A stretch of DNA of 48,317 nt from Perkinsus chesapeaki ATCC PRA-425 (GCA_013115145.1 JAAPAO010000242.1:1-48317), one strand, 5' to 3'. Counted from the stretch's first letter, positions 36,428-47,591 are shown. Notes: generated by a model not told the origin, from the sequence alone. Numbers and translations are program-made.

Positions 36428-36775
36428 CTCGGGGTAGTCGTTCTCATCGTCCTCCGAATCGTTGATGTGTTCTCGTGTGAACTAGAATAATAATGCTTGT
36501 CTTTGATTTATTATCTATTGCATGCCTGCTTTGTTAACGTCCCTTGCCCTTTGTCCGGGCATCTGTTTTCACTGTATTCTATTGCTACTATCATAAAGTT
36601 GTGGCCCTAGTCGAGGAGCTGCATAGCAATCCCAACCCTGGCCGGTATAAATGCCTAATAATGAAGCAATCTGCATATATCTCTAGCTTTGAGTTGGCGA
36701 TAAATATTGAGGAAACAGCGGAAAGCGACATCGTCATTGATGATGTTCCCCGAAGGTTCTTTTGCCCTATCAACC

Positions 36776-37711
36776 ATGCCAACGACTACAGTCTCTCAGC
36801 TAGCTTCTCTACTAGCACAGCAAAAACCAGTGCTCAGTGCCGCTAGGATGGCAGTAAAGTCGAGGGCCATGGTTGCGTGTATTGTTAGGGCAGCTCCTCG
36901 CTCACCCGGTACAGCAGAGATGCTGCTCATACGCCGAGCTGTCCGAGAGGGAGATCCTTGGTCCGGCCAAACCGCGTTCCCGGGAGGCCGCTGCGAGCCT
37001 AAGGATTACGGCAGCGATTTGGCTACGGCGATTAGGGAGGCTAACGAGGAAATAGGCGTTGATCTGAGTGATGAAAGACACTTTAAATTTCTGGGCCGGA
37101 TTAACGATATAGAGCTGTATCGCTCGGGAAGGGTCCATATGGTAGTAGGGTGCATGGTCTTCCATCAGCTCGCCCCACAACCGATTCGCGTCGACCCGCT
37201 TGAAGTGGCGGCTTGTGGTTGGGTGCCTCTGTCGGTGGTTGGACAGGCCACCAGTGGAGACCTTCGTATAGCGTATTGGTCTGTACCCAAGAACTGGGGA
37301 TTGCCCTCTTACCTCCATAACTATCTCAGTCTCATAGGCCTCAATGAGGTCGCTCTAGCAACGCTTCCGATAGACCTCCAGGATGCTGTTAAGGCTAATC
37401 CTGACGTGAAGGTGGATGATCTTGACCTTTGGGGCCTCACACTGCAGTTTGCTATGTTGATAACACGCGACCCTGGTGATCCTCTCGTCGTCTATAGGAA
37501 CCTGCCCGTATGCGGACTGCGAGTGCCTCATAAGTATCGATGGCCTGTCCATGATCTTGGGCTCGCTTTGTATCACACTATTTGGGACAAGGCCAGGTTG
37601 CGCCACGGTTCGGCTGTTCATGTGTCATATTTCTGTTTTTTTCATTGCTTACTGGCTGCGGTTCTCACGGCCGTTGGAGTGGCCACCGCTCGTCTTCGCA
37701 GTCGGCTGTAA
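36776..37711 (+). CDS. Nudix hydrolase, CoA-pyrophosphatase (NUDT7/8)-like, copy 1, intronless
   Basis: LLIRRAVREGDPWSGQTAFPGG followed by the Nudix box ...REANEEIGV; hydrophobic C-terminal helix. Confidence 0.85.
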   Translation: MPTTTVSQLASLLAQQKPVLSAARMAVKSRAMVACIVRAAPRSPGTAEMLLIRRAVREGDPWSGQTAFPGGRCEPKDYGSDLATAIREANEEIGVDLSDERHFKFLGRINDIELYRSGRVHMVVGCMVFHQLAPQPIRVDPLEVAACGWVPLSVVGQATSGDLRIAYWSVPKNWGLPSYLHNYLSLIGLNEVALATLPIDLQDAVKANPDVKVDDLDLWGLTLQFAMLITRDPGDPLVVYRNLPVCGLRVPHKYRWPVHDLGLALYHTIWDKARLRHGSAVHVSYFCFFHCLLAAVLTAVGVATARLRSRL

Positions 37712-37834
37712 AGTTTTCTATCCGTACTGTTGTGGTGTTTGTATCAACTTGGGAAGGCTTCTGGGCTCGGTCAGTCTCTTGCAACTCGGCTTTGCGGGAA
37801 TGTGGTTCCTAGTTTCAGTTCATTTCATTTCCTT

Positions 37835-38770
37835 ATGTCCTCTCTGACGCTGCCTGAGATCGCGGCCCGACTAGCCCAGCAGTCTCCTCTACTAAGCGCT
37901 GCAAAATTGGCCGTGAAATCTCGAGCCATGGTAGCATGTATTCTTCGACCTGGTCCACGACTGGTAGATAGCGCTGAGATGCTTCTTATTCGTCGGGCTG
38001 CTCGAGAAGGAGATCCGTGGTCCGGCCAAACTGCATTCCCTGGCGGCCGATGTGACTTGGAGGATGGTGGCTGCGATCTGGCGACGGTGACCCGTGAGGT
38101 TCAGGAGGAGATCGGCCTAAATCTCGCCAACGAGGAGCACTACAGGCTACTGGGAAGAATTCGTGACCTTGAAACGTTCAGATCTAATCGCGCTGTCCGT
38201 ATGGTAGTTGGCTGTTTTGTATTTGAGCAACTCAGGCCAGAGCCATTGGAGCTAGCTGTAAATGAAGTTGCGGCTTGTGGATGGCTTCCAGTCGCAGCTG
38301 TAGCCTGTGCTAGGGAGGAGGACGTCAAGGAGGTCCAGTGGAGTATCCCAAATGCTGACCCCGCCTATTGGTACTTTAGGCTTCTTGGCTTAACTGAAGT
38401 GACGCTCCCCTCTTTAGTAGTCAGTCTGAAGGATGCCACCAAAGCCAGTCCTGATGTCGAAGTCACATCTTTGAATCTGTGGGGTATAACGATGTGCTTC
38501 ACGCAGATTCTAACTATGGACACCTCTCGGGCCCTACTGCCCTACAGGACAGTGCCGATAGTGGGATGGAGAGTACCGCATATATTCAATCCTTTAATCC
38601 ATGACCTCACTTTTTCCCTTTACAGAGCAGCCTGTCGTAAGGAGGATCTCACGGAGCACGCCTCTGGTATAATTTTGTCATATTTGAGATTCTTCCACTG
38701 TCTCTGTGGAGCAGCAGCATTCACTGCTGCTGCTGGCTTGTCATACTTGGGCATCCGTAGCAAACTTTAA
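37835..38770 (+). CDS. Nudix hydrolase, CoA-pyrophosphatase-like, copy 2 (tandem paralog), intronless
   Basis: LLIRRAAREGDPWSGQTAFPGG...REVQEEIGL; colinear with copy 1 along its full length. Confidence 0.85.
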   Translation: MSSLTLPEIAARLAQQSPLLSAAKLAVKSRAMVACILRPGPRLVDSAEMLLIRRAAREGDPWSGQTAFPGGRCDLEDGGCDLATVTREVQEEIGLNLANEEHYRLLGRIRDLETFRSNRAVRMVVGCFVFEQLRPEPLELAVNEVAACGWLPVAAVACAREEDVKEVQWSIPNADPAYWYFRLLGLTEVTLPSLVVSLKDATKASPDVEVTSLNLWGITMCFTQILTMDTSRALLPYRTVPIVGWRVPHIFNPLIHDLTFSLYRAACRKEDLTEHASGIILSYLRFFHCLCGAAAFTAAAGLSYLGIRSKL

Positions 38771-39151
38771 TATTTCACTCGTTCGAGGAGCTGCGTTTTA
38801 GTCACAGTAAGTCACTTAATGTTTTCTTCGTCAGCAAGAAGATTCGTCGAGCTCCGTCGCTTGTTGTCTTCTGTTCACATTTAGGACTCTACATTGGGTA
38901 TCTTTCGGTGGAGCTATTGAAGAATATATTTGTCACAGCGTTGTGAAAGTTAGATCTTAAATCTCGGTAATCTTCTTCCTAAGAGAAGAGAGTAGAATTG
39001 AATTTTCATGAGATATTTGTCCTACCTCAGCTTCACCAGAACCAGTCTCCAATGATATTCTCAATACTAGCGATAATAATCGACCTGGGTTGCTTGACAA
39101 TGGGTGATATTACTACCATTACGAGCGACTTAGTTGACTTTGTTCATCTAA

Positions 39152-42100
39152 ATGTGCGACTTCGATTCTTGTCTAGCCAAGGTCGGCCTCGGCACGCATC
39201 CACAGTTGGGGGGTGGACAGCATGTGGACCTGAAAGCCGTTGGAAGGAGGAAGCGGACCCGCCGAGAGCTCCGGGCACCGCTAGAAGTCAACGACCAAGA
39301 TGGACTTGAAGTTTTCGGAGAAGAGGGGCAATTGTGGTCTGAGAGCATCGGTGCCCTGCCAAGAACTGAGACGCATTGTCTTACGGGTCGATTTGAGTGT
39401 CTGTACACCGAGCACGTGACGCAAAAACGGAAGCGCTTCCACGAGGGATTTATAGTTCTTCAGCAGGAAGCTGGAGTTAGCCTATTTAGTATGGATTCCG
39501 ACGATGCCATTGACAGTATTATATGGAGTTATACTCTTCGGCGAGACTGGAATAAGGCAAAGGCTGCCGCAGCTACGCTGGAGATGCTGCTCCAGCGGCA
39601 TATCGTTAGGGTGGAGTTCGGCACCGGGATGGGTGGAACTGTTCATACCACTGGCAGCTCAGGCATCAACGCGCGTGCGCGAGGGAGCGTGAATGTCGGG
39701 ATTGTCAGCGCGGATATGTTCCGCTCAGCGGCGGCCATCGAGAGCTCTGCATTCGGTGGGATCGGCCGAGCGTCACTCGATTCTGGGAGTGGCCGCTCGT
39801 TTGGCCCAGTCGAGGACGGGGAGTTCGAGGCAATCTTGCGGAGGGCCAAGGCGGAGGCCATGCCTCAACAGGAGGATGATCGTGCACCTCTTCTGCTTCA
39901 ACCCAGTAAGGTAGCACCTCGGGCATTTCCCCTGACAAATGCGGCTCAAGAGGCTACCGAAAAGAAGAGGGCCATTCCCGAGTTTCCCGCTTATTGTCCT
40001 CCAAGCACGCCATTCGACCTTCTTGACTTGGACTTTGCTGTGCCGTCCAAGGATGCTTTGGTCCCAGCGATTTCGTCAAGCTGTACTCCGTCTCCTATCT
40101 CGTCGCTACACAGTTACGCCCTTCATTACCTTGACGTTTTCTATAAGGCCATTTACTCTTCTGTTAAGGAATTGTCTGTGGGCGTGTCGCGTCGTGCAGC
40201 AGACGGCACCGTGGCTGGGCTTAAGAGATGTCCGCTAAGTTCAACGTGTAAGTTGAAGATCACCGATAAGGGCGATGCCAGGCTCTACTTTCCAGAACAC
40301 TCGGTGGCAGCCACTAGGAAGAAACGCGGCGGCGGAGCACGAGTGTTTCTAAAGTCCTCTTCTGTCCGTGAGAAAGCTAGTCATGTTGATACTCCTGATG
40401 TGTTCGTCCTCCTTGTGAAGGGAACGTGGGCTGTCTATGCTACGGCGTGGCGGGGTATGAATCCTCAAGGCCTTCTCCAAGTAAAGCCCTTAACTGAGGC
40501 GACGAAAAAGCTCCAAGAAGGCCTCGTGGTCGGAAGCACTTTATCCTGTGAGCGCCTGCACTCTATTGCAGGCATCAGCCAACGGCTGCAATACATAGAG
40601 ACCCTACGGTCATTGTTGGGTGCTAAGAAGGAGGATACTAGCGACAGCGAGAACGACTTCTTCAACGCCGGGCTGGCTTCTCGAGCTCACCTTGATCCCA
40701 CAGGCAGCTGTTGTACGAGTCTCTGTCTCCTTGGAGGTCAGGGCAGCCATCGGCTCCTCGGTCATTCTCTTAGCCTTCCTGGAGCCGTAGACCTCGACGC
40801 CTGCATGACGGCGACTACGGAGAAGTTTCCTGGGCTTAATTCAGAGCAAGTAGCGGTCCTTGAAAGGGTTAAGGATTGGTTCTCTACCGCAACTGCTGAG
40901 CCGTTACTCGTTGTTCAAGGAGTCTTTGGGTCTGGAAAGACCACGGTATTGGCCGCTATAGTGGCCCTGCTATACGAGATCCTAGTTGAGTCTCTCGGAC
41001 CAGTTGTTCCCGTGGCCCATAGGAGAGTGGGCTTGCTTGCCCTAACAAATGTAGCCGTTGACAATGTACTGTTAAAGCTCCAGTCGAGGGGCTTTGAAGA
41101 CTTTGTACGCTTGGGTGTCTATGACCGTATTGCCGCCAGCATCAGAGACCGATTTTATGCGAGGACTCAAAGTCGAGCTCAGAAGGAAGGCCCGCAGGGG
41201 TTGTCGGTCCTAGAGTGGAAGGCCCGATCGGTGGTCGCATCGACGCTGGCAGCTGCAGCGGATATCGCTCCTGGGGTAGGGTTGAGCTGCTGAGTGGATA
41301 CTGGTAAGTGTCATCATTTAGGTGCCATGCCCCTTCGTGGTGATTGACGAGTGCGGTCAGGTGACTGAGCCATCTTTGATGTTGCCGCTGATGCGCAGCT
41401 TGCGGCCTGTTCGAATCATTATGTTTGGCGATCCAAAGCAGCTTCCTCCTCCACCAGATGAATGCCCCATAAAAGCGCCTTCGGGTTCCGCATCGATTCT
41501 TCAATTAGTCACCGAGAGGCAGTGTCTGCAGCGTGGTGAATGTGCCCCATGTGTCGTTCCAGGCACGCCAGTCGCCGAGGGAGAGCTCTAATTCGACAGC
41601 AGCACCTGAGGACACAGTACAGATGCCACCCAGATATCGCTGCCATATGCTCTACTCTGTTCTATAACTGCCAAGTCTGCCAGCATTGTGCCAGGCGCTA
41701 CAGCTCAGTATGTGTCAGGTGTTAACTGAGTATAGAGCCCCGGCAACTGGTGCTCCCCTTCCTGGCATGTCTGCTGTGATTGCCTTTCAGCATAGGAGCA
41801 GCTCCGCACCCTTGAGGAAGGGTAAGGTGCTTGAGCCCTGCAGACACTTTCCTTGGGGCTCAGGTGACTCATTATATAATCCGGAAGAGGCCGATATTAT
41901 AGCCGGTTTGGTTCAGCGTCTTACCGGTCGTACTAGAGATATTTGCGTGATATGCATGTATAGGGCCATGGTGCAGGAAATCAAGGATCGGGTCTGTTTC
42001 GCTCCGTTTCGTTCTTAGCGTTTCTCCTAGCTCCTCGATGTTCAAATTCAGATAACACAACCCATCACCGTTGCCACTGTGGACAGTTTCCAGGGCTCTG

Positions 42101-42370
42101 AAGCCAGTATCGTCATCATCGCCTTGACCTACCAAAGAGCACAACGCACCGGTTTTGGTATATCTGTTGGCTTTTCACATTTAGTGTTTATCGGTTTCAG
42201 GCTTCTTCATATCGGACCCCCAGCGTGCGAATGTCGCCATCTCCCGAGCTCGGGATCACTTAGTGGTCGTCGGACACGAAACCGCCTTCAATCGCAGCTC
42301 GACGCGCGTTTGGCCTTTTGTCTACGAGAAAGCTCAAGTAGTGTCATCGCTTGATGCGCTCAGCGTCTAA
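39152..42370 (+). CDS. ZGRF1: ZGRF1-like SF1B (Upf1-like) 5'-3' helicase with an N-terminal DUF2439-like domain
   Basis: FECLYTEHVTQKRKRFHEG (DUF2439-like). Helicase motifs GVFGSGKT, TNVAVDN, IDECGQ, GDPKQLPP, QYRCHP, TVDSFQG and NVAISRAR. Confidence 0.75.
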
Positions 42371-43342
42371 TAAAGTTGTTCCTGTTTCTCACGGCATGAC
42401 CAAAGTGGGAATTTGCATCGGTCCTCCCAGTCTCTTTCGTTATGCCCCCCCTCCATCAGCTGCCCCTCGTTAGGTTTTTGTGTATAAATGACTATCATAC
42501 CATTGGAGCGTAAAGGGCAGCAGCCACGTTTTAACCGAGAGGAAGCTCCGGAAATACGCACTAAAGCCTTTGTGAGAGTTGCTGTTCTAGTGCTTTCAAC
42601 GCTATGCTCCTTTCCAGGATTCCTCGCCCAGGGCCTCGTCGACTATTGAAAAATACCTCACTGTGTCGGACACGCCGCGGTCCTTAGCCATACGTTATCG
42701 CCCGGAAGAATTGAGGGAACCTAATACCAGCGCTGCCCTCGCCAGAGGTGGTACCAGAAACCGTTTCTGCAGAACGCCCTGTGGCGGCGGCAGTTCATTG
42801 GGATTGAGGCTGATCCTTTTTCAGGTGGCCCATGTAGCTGCCCGTCATGCCAGCAGTCTAGCAATAGCCGCGCTTACAATGTCACCAGTGCCTGTCCTGT
42901 GCTGAGACTATCACTTGAGTTCGGGTTAGAGGATCCACTTGCTACATCACCGGATGAGCCTGCCCGGGGATATCTATGGTTGCTTTCACGACTTGTGCAA
43001 GCTCGAGCAAGGTGAAAGGTGACTACAACACAAAGCCATGTCGTCCAAAGGTGCCCTGTGAGCGTCCCCGAAGTTGTCTTCTTCCGGAATGGTATCCCCT
43101 TCCGCTTCTTCGCGATGGGAGGAGAGAAGGGTTCCATCCTGACAATGACAGTCAAGAGGCGTGACAATGTCTCGGAGATGAGAATCGGTTAGGAAACGGA
43201 ATTCACTTATCTGCTCAGATGAGGTTCTTTTCTGGACTTGGTAGGCTTTAGGTGAGCTCCTGAAGACCTTATACCGTTTGGAGCGAAAGCGGTACGGCCA
43301 GAGTGAAGCATATATAGCGAGAGCCTTCAGCAGTGATATCAA
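42367..43342 (-). CDS. Probable spliced hypothetical gene; structure unresolved
   Basis: Several protein-like ORF fragments on the minus strand fill the gap between neighbouring genes. No recognisable domain. Confidence 0.3.
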
Positions 43343-43434
43343 TGCAGCAGACGAAAGTGAGGTTATTCGACTATATTAGCCATAGTTGTGTGTCTAAGAG
43401 TTTTCTCGAGTAGGCCGGGTTCGAGAGAAGACGT

Positions 43435-44466
43435 GTGAGCCTTTTAAGGACTGCGAGGCTGTCCTTCTCATACGTTACATTGACGGAGCAGTTCGTTTGG
43501 TATCGGCAACCGAGGCGAGTCTCCTCATCACAACTTGGCTCCAGCTGTAGTTTCAGCTACGATCAATGGTACTTCAACGTCGCACTAATCGCACGGCCTG
43601 GTTGGACGTGGCATGGTTCTCCACGAGGCCTTATAGAGACGAGAACTCCTCCGTAATGCTCTCTAAAAAATTCAGTTCTGCCCTCGAGTTGCACCGGATC
43701 AAGCTTGAAGCTACGCTAACTCGGCTCGGTCCCCTACATCTTGTATATAGTTTCCCGGTGGCCGCCGCTCGACGCCGATATCGTATCGGTTCTTCAAGCC
43801 CGGTGCAGAAGCAGTGGTGACTATTGGCAGCGGGGGCGGTGACGATGTCCAGGAGCAGCTACCATCACCACTAGAAGGCATGAATGCACGAGCTCTGTAC
43901 CTCCCGGAAAAAGCTCAATTTTCAGAGCGTGTGCGGAGAAGTGTGATGAGAATAGCAGATCTACTGAGCCCGCAATGGAGGCTTTGGGGAGGCTTTTTCG
44001 AATTCGAGTTCGACGCTCTCACGGATCGTGTATGGCTAGTTAGCGCATCACATTTGAAGGTGGAAAAGAGTGTGTCGCCCTTCGAGACTCTTCCTGAGGT
44101 CACACTTGTTCGTCCTCCCCATACGTTCGGAGCTAGTTCCTGTCAGGTAAAACTTGAAGCAGAAGAAGATCAGACGGATGGTGAAGCTACTAAAGTGTGA
44201 TGTGGTCTTACGAGGTGTCTCTCAGAAGAGGCGATCGAACAAGAATGGGATGTCGTGAGCGGACCTGAGGAGATAGAGGCATGGTTGGGATCCAGAGAGG
44301 CCGAGCTTGGCAAACTAGTGGCACGCTGGAACTACGAGGTGCCATTATCGCTGTGGACGGTGATAATGCTGCTAATTGGCAGGTGCAAGAGGAAAGAGAT
44401 CGAAGAGAAGAGCGGTTGATGAAAGAATTCACTGCTGATGGTGACACATCTATAACAGAATCGTAA
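43435..44466 (+). CDS. Probable spliced hypothetical gene with a C-terminal coiled coil
   Basis: Fragments such as RVRRSVMRIADLLSPQWRLWGGFFEFEFD and VQEERDRREERLMKEF are separated by short GT-AG segments. The start is unresolved. Confidence 0.45.
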
Positions 44467-44500
44467 CGGCATGCGCTCTTGAAGTGCTTGCCACTCTAAA

Positions 44501-44743
44501 TTAGGCGGCCGCATTCCTCTGAAGGGCTGGCAAAGCGGCAAAGCGTAACCACTCAAGTGGCAGAAATCTCAAAACTATGGGGAAAAGAGGACCTTGTTCC
44601 CATGCCTCATGTGGGTCCCCTGCACAACTGCGGATTAGCTCCATCTCGGTCTGCTCCGTCATCGGGTGCGGTACCTTTGCGATCAGATCCTCCATCGTTA
44701 CCGTGACTGTACATCCAAGATGGAGGCTTTCGCATCGCGTCAT
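44501..44743 (-). CDS. Possible small hypothetical protein
   Basis: Protein-like segment MEDLIAKVPHPMTEQTEMELIRSCAGDPHEAWEQ; no other support. Confidence 0.25.
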   Translation of the reverse strand: MTRCESLHLGCTVTVTMEDLIAKVPHPMTEQTEMELIRSCAGDPHEAWEQGPLFPIVLRFLPLEWLRFAALPALQRNAAA

Positions 44744-45013
44744 TTGACGAATGGCGATCGTGATATCGGCGGAGAGAGTTTGCTAGTTGCGAGTGAATCA
44801 TCGAATGCAGAGTTCTCCGGGTAGGCTTAGGTGCCCCTCCAAGCTGCGGATTAGTGGTGCCCCGTAGTCAACACGAAGTTTCAATTTCGAGTCTGGGGGA
44901 AGAGTCGAGTCCATGCGATGCTCATATTAGGGATGATGTTATTTCATAGCAACCAGCAACAGCTTGAGTTAGCCTGCCTTCCTACATCTCTGTTCCGTAG
45001 TCAGGATTATACA

Positions 45014-45579
45014 ATGCCACAATTCCCACTGCGGCTTGCCTCTGTACTGGGTTTCCGAGCCTTGGATCCGCCTCAAGACACCCTTGAAATTCCAGAACCT
45101 CCTCGAACACGCCGACGGTGCTTGTCTGGGTCCCTCTCCTCCTGGGTGGAAGTTCAGTATGCCAACGAGAGATATCAGTCGATTCCACCATATAGGGAAT
45201 CCTTCCAGAATCCCTCTTGGGTGAGCATAGGAGCATTGGGAGTAGCTCGTGTGATTACACTACTTTCGTGCTTCAGATTCCGGCTCATACTATCGAGGTG
45301 GAGCCAGTTCCCGCAGAAGCCTCATGTTGCTGGGCTCCCAACCTAGGCATGAAGACTCCAAATCCATCTCAATGGATATTGGCTAAGATATACTATCCTT
45401 TATTCCACCAGATGCTTCTTCCTCCCGAGTATCTTACGCATACGGTATCCCTTCGCTATATACATGAGGATGACATCATATCGGTTACGACTAGCAGTAT
45501 AGATCCGGACTCACTCCTGACTGAGGAGTCCTTCAGTATTGTGGACGATTCCGACGATTCTGACTGGGAGGAGTTGTGA
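45014..45579 (+). CDS. Hypothetical protein, 2 exons, about 169 aa, acidic C-terminus
   Basis: A 56-nt GTGAG...CAG intron (45221-45276) joins the two ORFs in frame; ends DDSDDSDWEEL*. Confidence 0.6.
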
Positions 45580-45861
45580 GGACTGCCCCCGCCACGCTTT
45601 GATCCCCCTTCACGCCTATGATTGAATTACCTAACGTCTAGCCGTTTGTGTTAACATCGAGTTTAACTCGGCAGTCCTAAGCTGCCACATCATGATACAA
45701 TTATCTGCTGTCACTATCATTATTACCTATATACGACAAGCGCTGCATTTGGCTCGCACGAAGCTCATTCCGCTATTGCGTTGCAAGTGTCATGTGAGGA
45801 GTTGCAAAGAACATGCTCAACTCGACTGCAAGCATTTGTGTGTTTGTACCTTGTTTGCTTG

Positions 45862-46763
45862 ATGCTTTCATGCCTGGCGCGATCCATCGGACGATCGGCT
45901 CCAATTGTTGCTAGGACTTCACCACTTGTGCCTCTACGGCATCGGTGTCATAGCTGTAGTAAAGCTAACTTCGATACTGTACGTTTAGTGCAGAAAGAAA
46001 ACCCTAATACATGGCACCTCATCCTCGAAAAACAATTCAGTCAGAAATGGGTAAGCTCATCTTCATCATGTATGATAGCGCTCAGCCCGCGGGCAGTGTG
46101 GGATCCAAAATTTGAGGGTATTTTCGCAGTTGCCGCCTCCGATACGACTCGTCCACTGCGACAACCCCCAGTGCAAAACCTGTGCGGTTCTACGGGAGAC
46201 GCGCCCTGAAATTAGAACACTCAACCATGGGTGGATGGAAGAAAAAGAGCTCAGCTGCAGGTCAAGTAACCTTGTGTACGCGTTGGAGTGCCGTGGCTGT
46301 GGGGTCCTGTAAGTTTTGGTACACTGTATCACCGTCCTCACTTCTTTCCTGCTTCCAGTTACGTCGGCGAAACAAGACGGGAGCTTCGGCATCGAGTTAG
46401 CACTCATCTTCATGTGAAGGCCAACGGTCCAATGAGCATCCACTATCGCAGCGACGGAGATATTTGCCCTCTTTGCGCAGGTGAAGGGTTTGATGTCAGC
46501 TTGGGGTTGCCAGTAGTTTAGTTAGAGCAGGTAACTCAAATGAAAGCCTTCAAGGAGCAAATCTGGACAATTTCGACGTGATGATTCTCGAGAGTCTCAC
46601 TGAGGAGGATTTTGGAAACCCGTTAGAGCAAGGCCGACTACGGCGAGCTCGAGAGCGCTGGTGGATGCAAAAGCTGCATACTGTTTGGCCATTGGGTTTG
46701 AACAATCGTGGCCACCGATTCGCAGATGTTCCCCGGCCACATTCATCACTAATTTCTGTTTAA
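45862..46763 (+). CDS. Penelope-like-element-type GIY-YIG endonuclease with Cys motifs, 4 exons, 240 aa, no RT
   Basis: GT-AG introns 46051-46129, 46309-46358 and 46481-46530 give a stop-free frame: CDNPQCKTC...CRSSNLVYALECRGCGVLYVGETRRELRHRVSTH...ILESL...RERWWMQKLHTVWPLGLN. Confidence 0.88.
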
Positions 46764-47049
46764 AGTGAAAGTTGTAATTGAGCGAACGTGAAGTAGCACA
46801 CCTGTTGTTAATGATGTTAATATTGTCTTTGCATACTGTGGTAATATCTCGCTTGCACGATTTCATTTCATCAAACATTGAACATTGCTGAAGCTTCTGA
46901 TGTGCGTGGTGCCGAGTTACGCAAGTCATCGACAGTATCTTATTAAGTTTCTTCAGGCTGGCACGATATACCGCTTGGGAGCGGAAAATTCAATCCTATG
47001 TTCATTTTTAACGTGGTCGGACTGCCTTAAATGGCTAAATTAAATTAAG

Positions 47050-47111
47050 TGCCTTGCTGGAGTTCCGCTCTTTAAAAATGCCTTGCTGGAGTTCCGTTCT
47101 TTAAAAATGCC
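47050..47111. repeat. 29-bp direct tandem repeat x2 (TGCCTTGCTGGAGTTCCG[C/T]TCTTTAAAAA)
   Basis: Directly visible; one mismatch between the copies. Confidence 0.9.
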
Positions 47112-47295
47112 GGTTTCATCATGACATCATTTTTCCCATGGCGCGGGAGTTGGCTGTGGCAACTTCAAATGTGCGAGAAGCTCCTCAATGCTCCTGAATC
47201 AGAGAGTGAGTTGAATTCTGAATCGGAATCGAAGGGTGCAGATAGCGGTGCATGGCGCGCCTTACACGCTACCAGAGTCATGCCGCCTGCAGATT

Positions 47296-47368
47296 GCTGG
47301 GATGGTCTAGCTGGTTATGAGTCTGCCTCACACGCAGTAGGTCCCGAGTTCGACTCTCAGTTTCAATA
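47296..47368 (+). pseudogene. Degenerate tRNA-Val(CAC) (R1)
   Basis: 1-nt deletion near the D stem/anticodon stem, plus acceptor (TTTCAAT) and T-stem mismatches. Confidence 0.75.
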
Positions 47369-47442
47369 CTCATGCGACTGAATGTGTTGATTAGATTATC
47401 ACATAGAGGTGCGCACTAATAGAGTCTGATCACCTGTAGATT

Positions 47443-47516
47443 GCTGGGATGGTCTAGTTGGTTATGACGACTGCCTAACACGCAGTAGGTCCCGAGTTCG
47501 ACTCTCGGTTCCAGTA
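47443..47516 (+). tRNA. trnV: tRNA-Val(AAC) (R2)
   Basis: 74 nt with all stems paired (some G-U); anticodon loop CT-AAC-AC. Confidence 0.93.
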
Positions 47517-47591
47517 TTCATACTACTACCTGTGTTGATTAGATTATGATAATGAGATGCGAGCTCCTAGAATTTTTCGTCGCTGCAGATT

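Noticed and set aside
6668-38770. Relict spliced-leader sequences upstream of intronless genes (retrogene signature)
   Set aside because: I did not find the Perkinsus/dinoflagellate SL (…CCGTAGCCAT[C/T]TTGGCTCAAG) by eye; a formal search is still needed.
2516-46929. Numerous overlapping ORF-track entries (e.g. 2516-3064, 18496-19011, 22659-23024, 35674-36135, 46066-46443)
   Set aside because: They are antisense or alternate-frame shadows of better-supported genes or elements.
47121-47381. 86-aa ORF
   Set aside because: It runs through tRNA copy R1 and GAATC-rich sequence and has no protein features.
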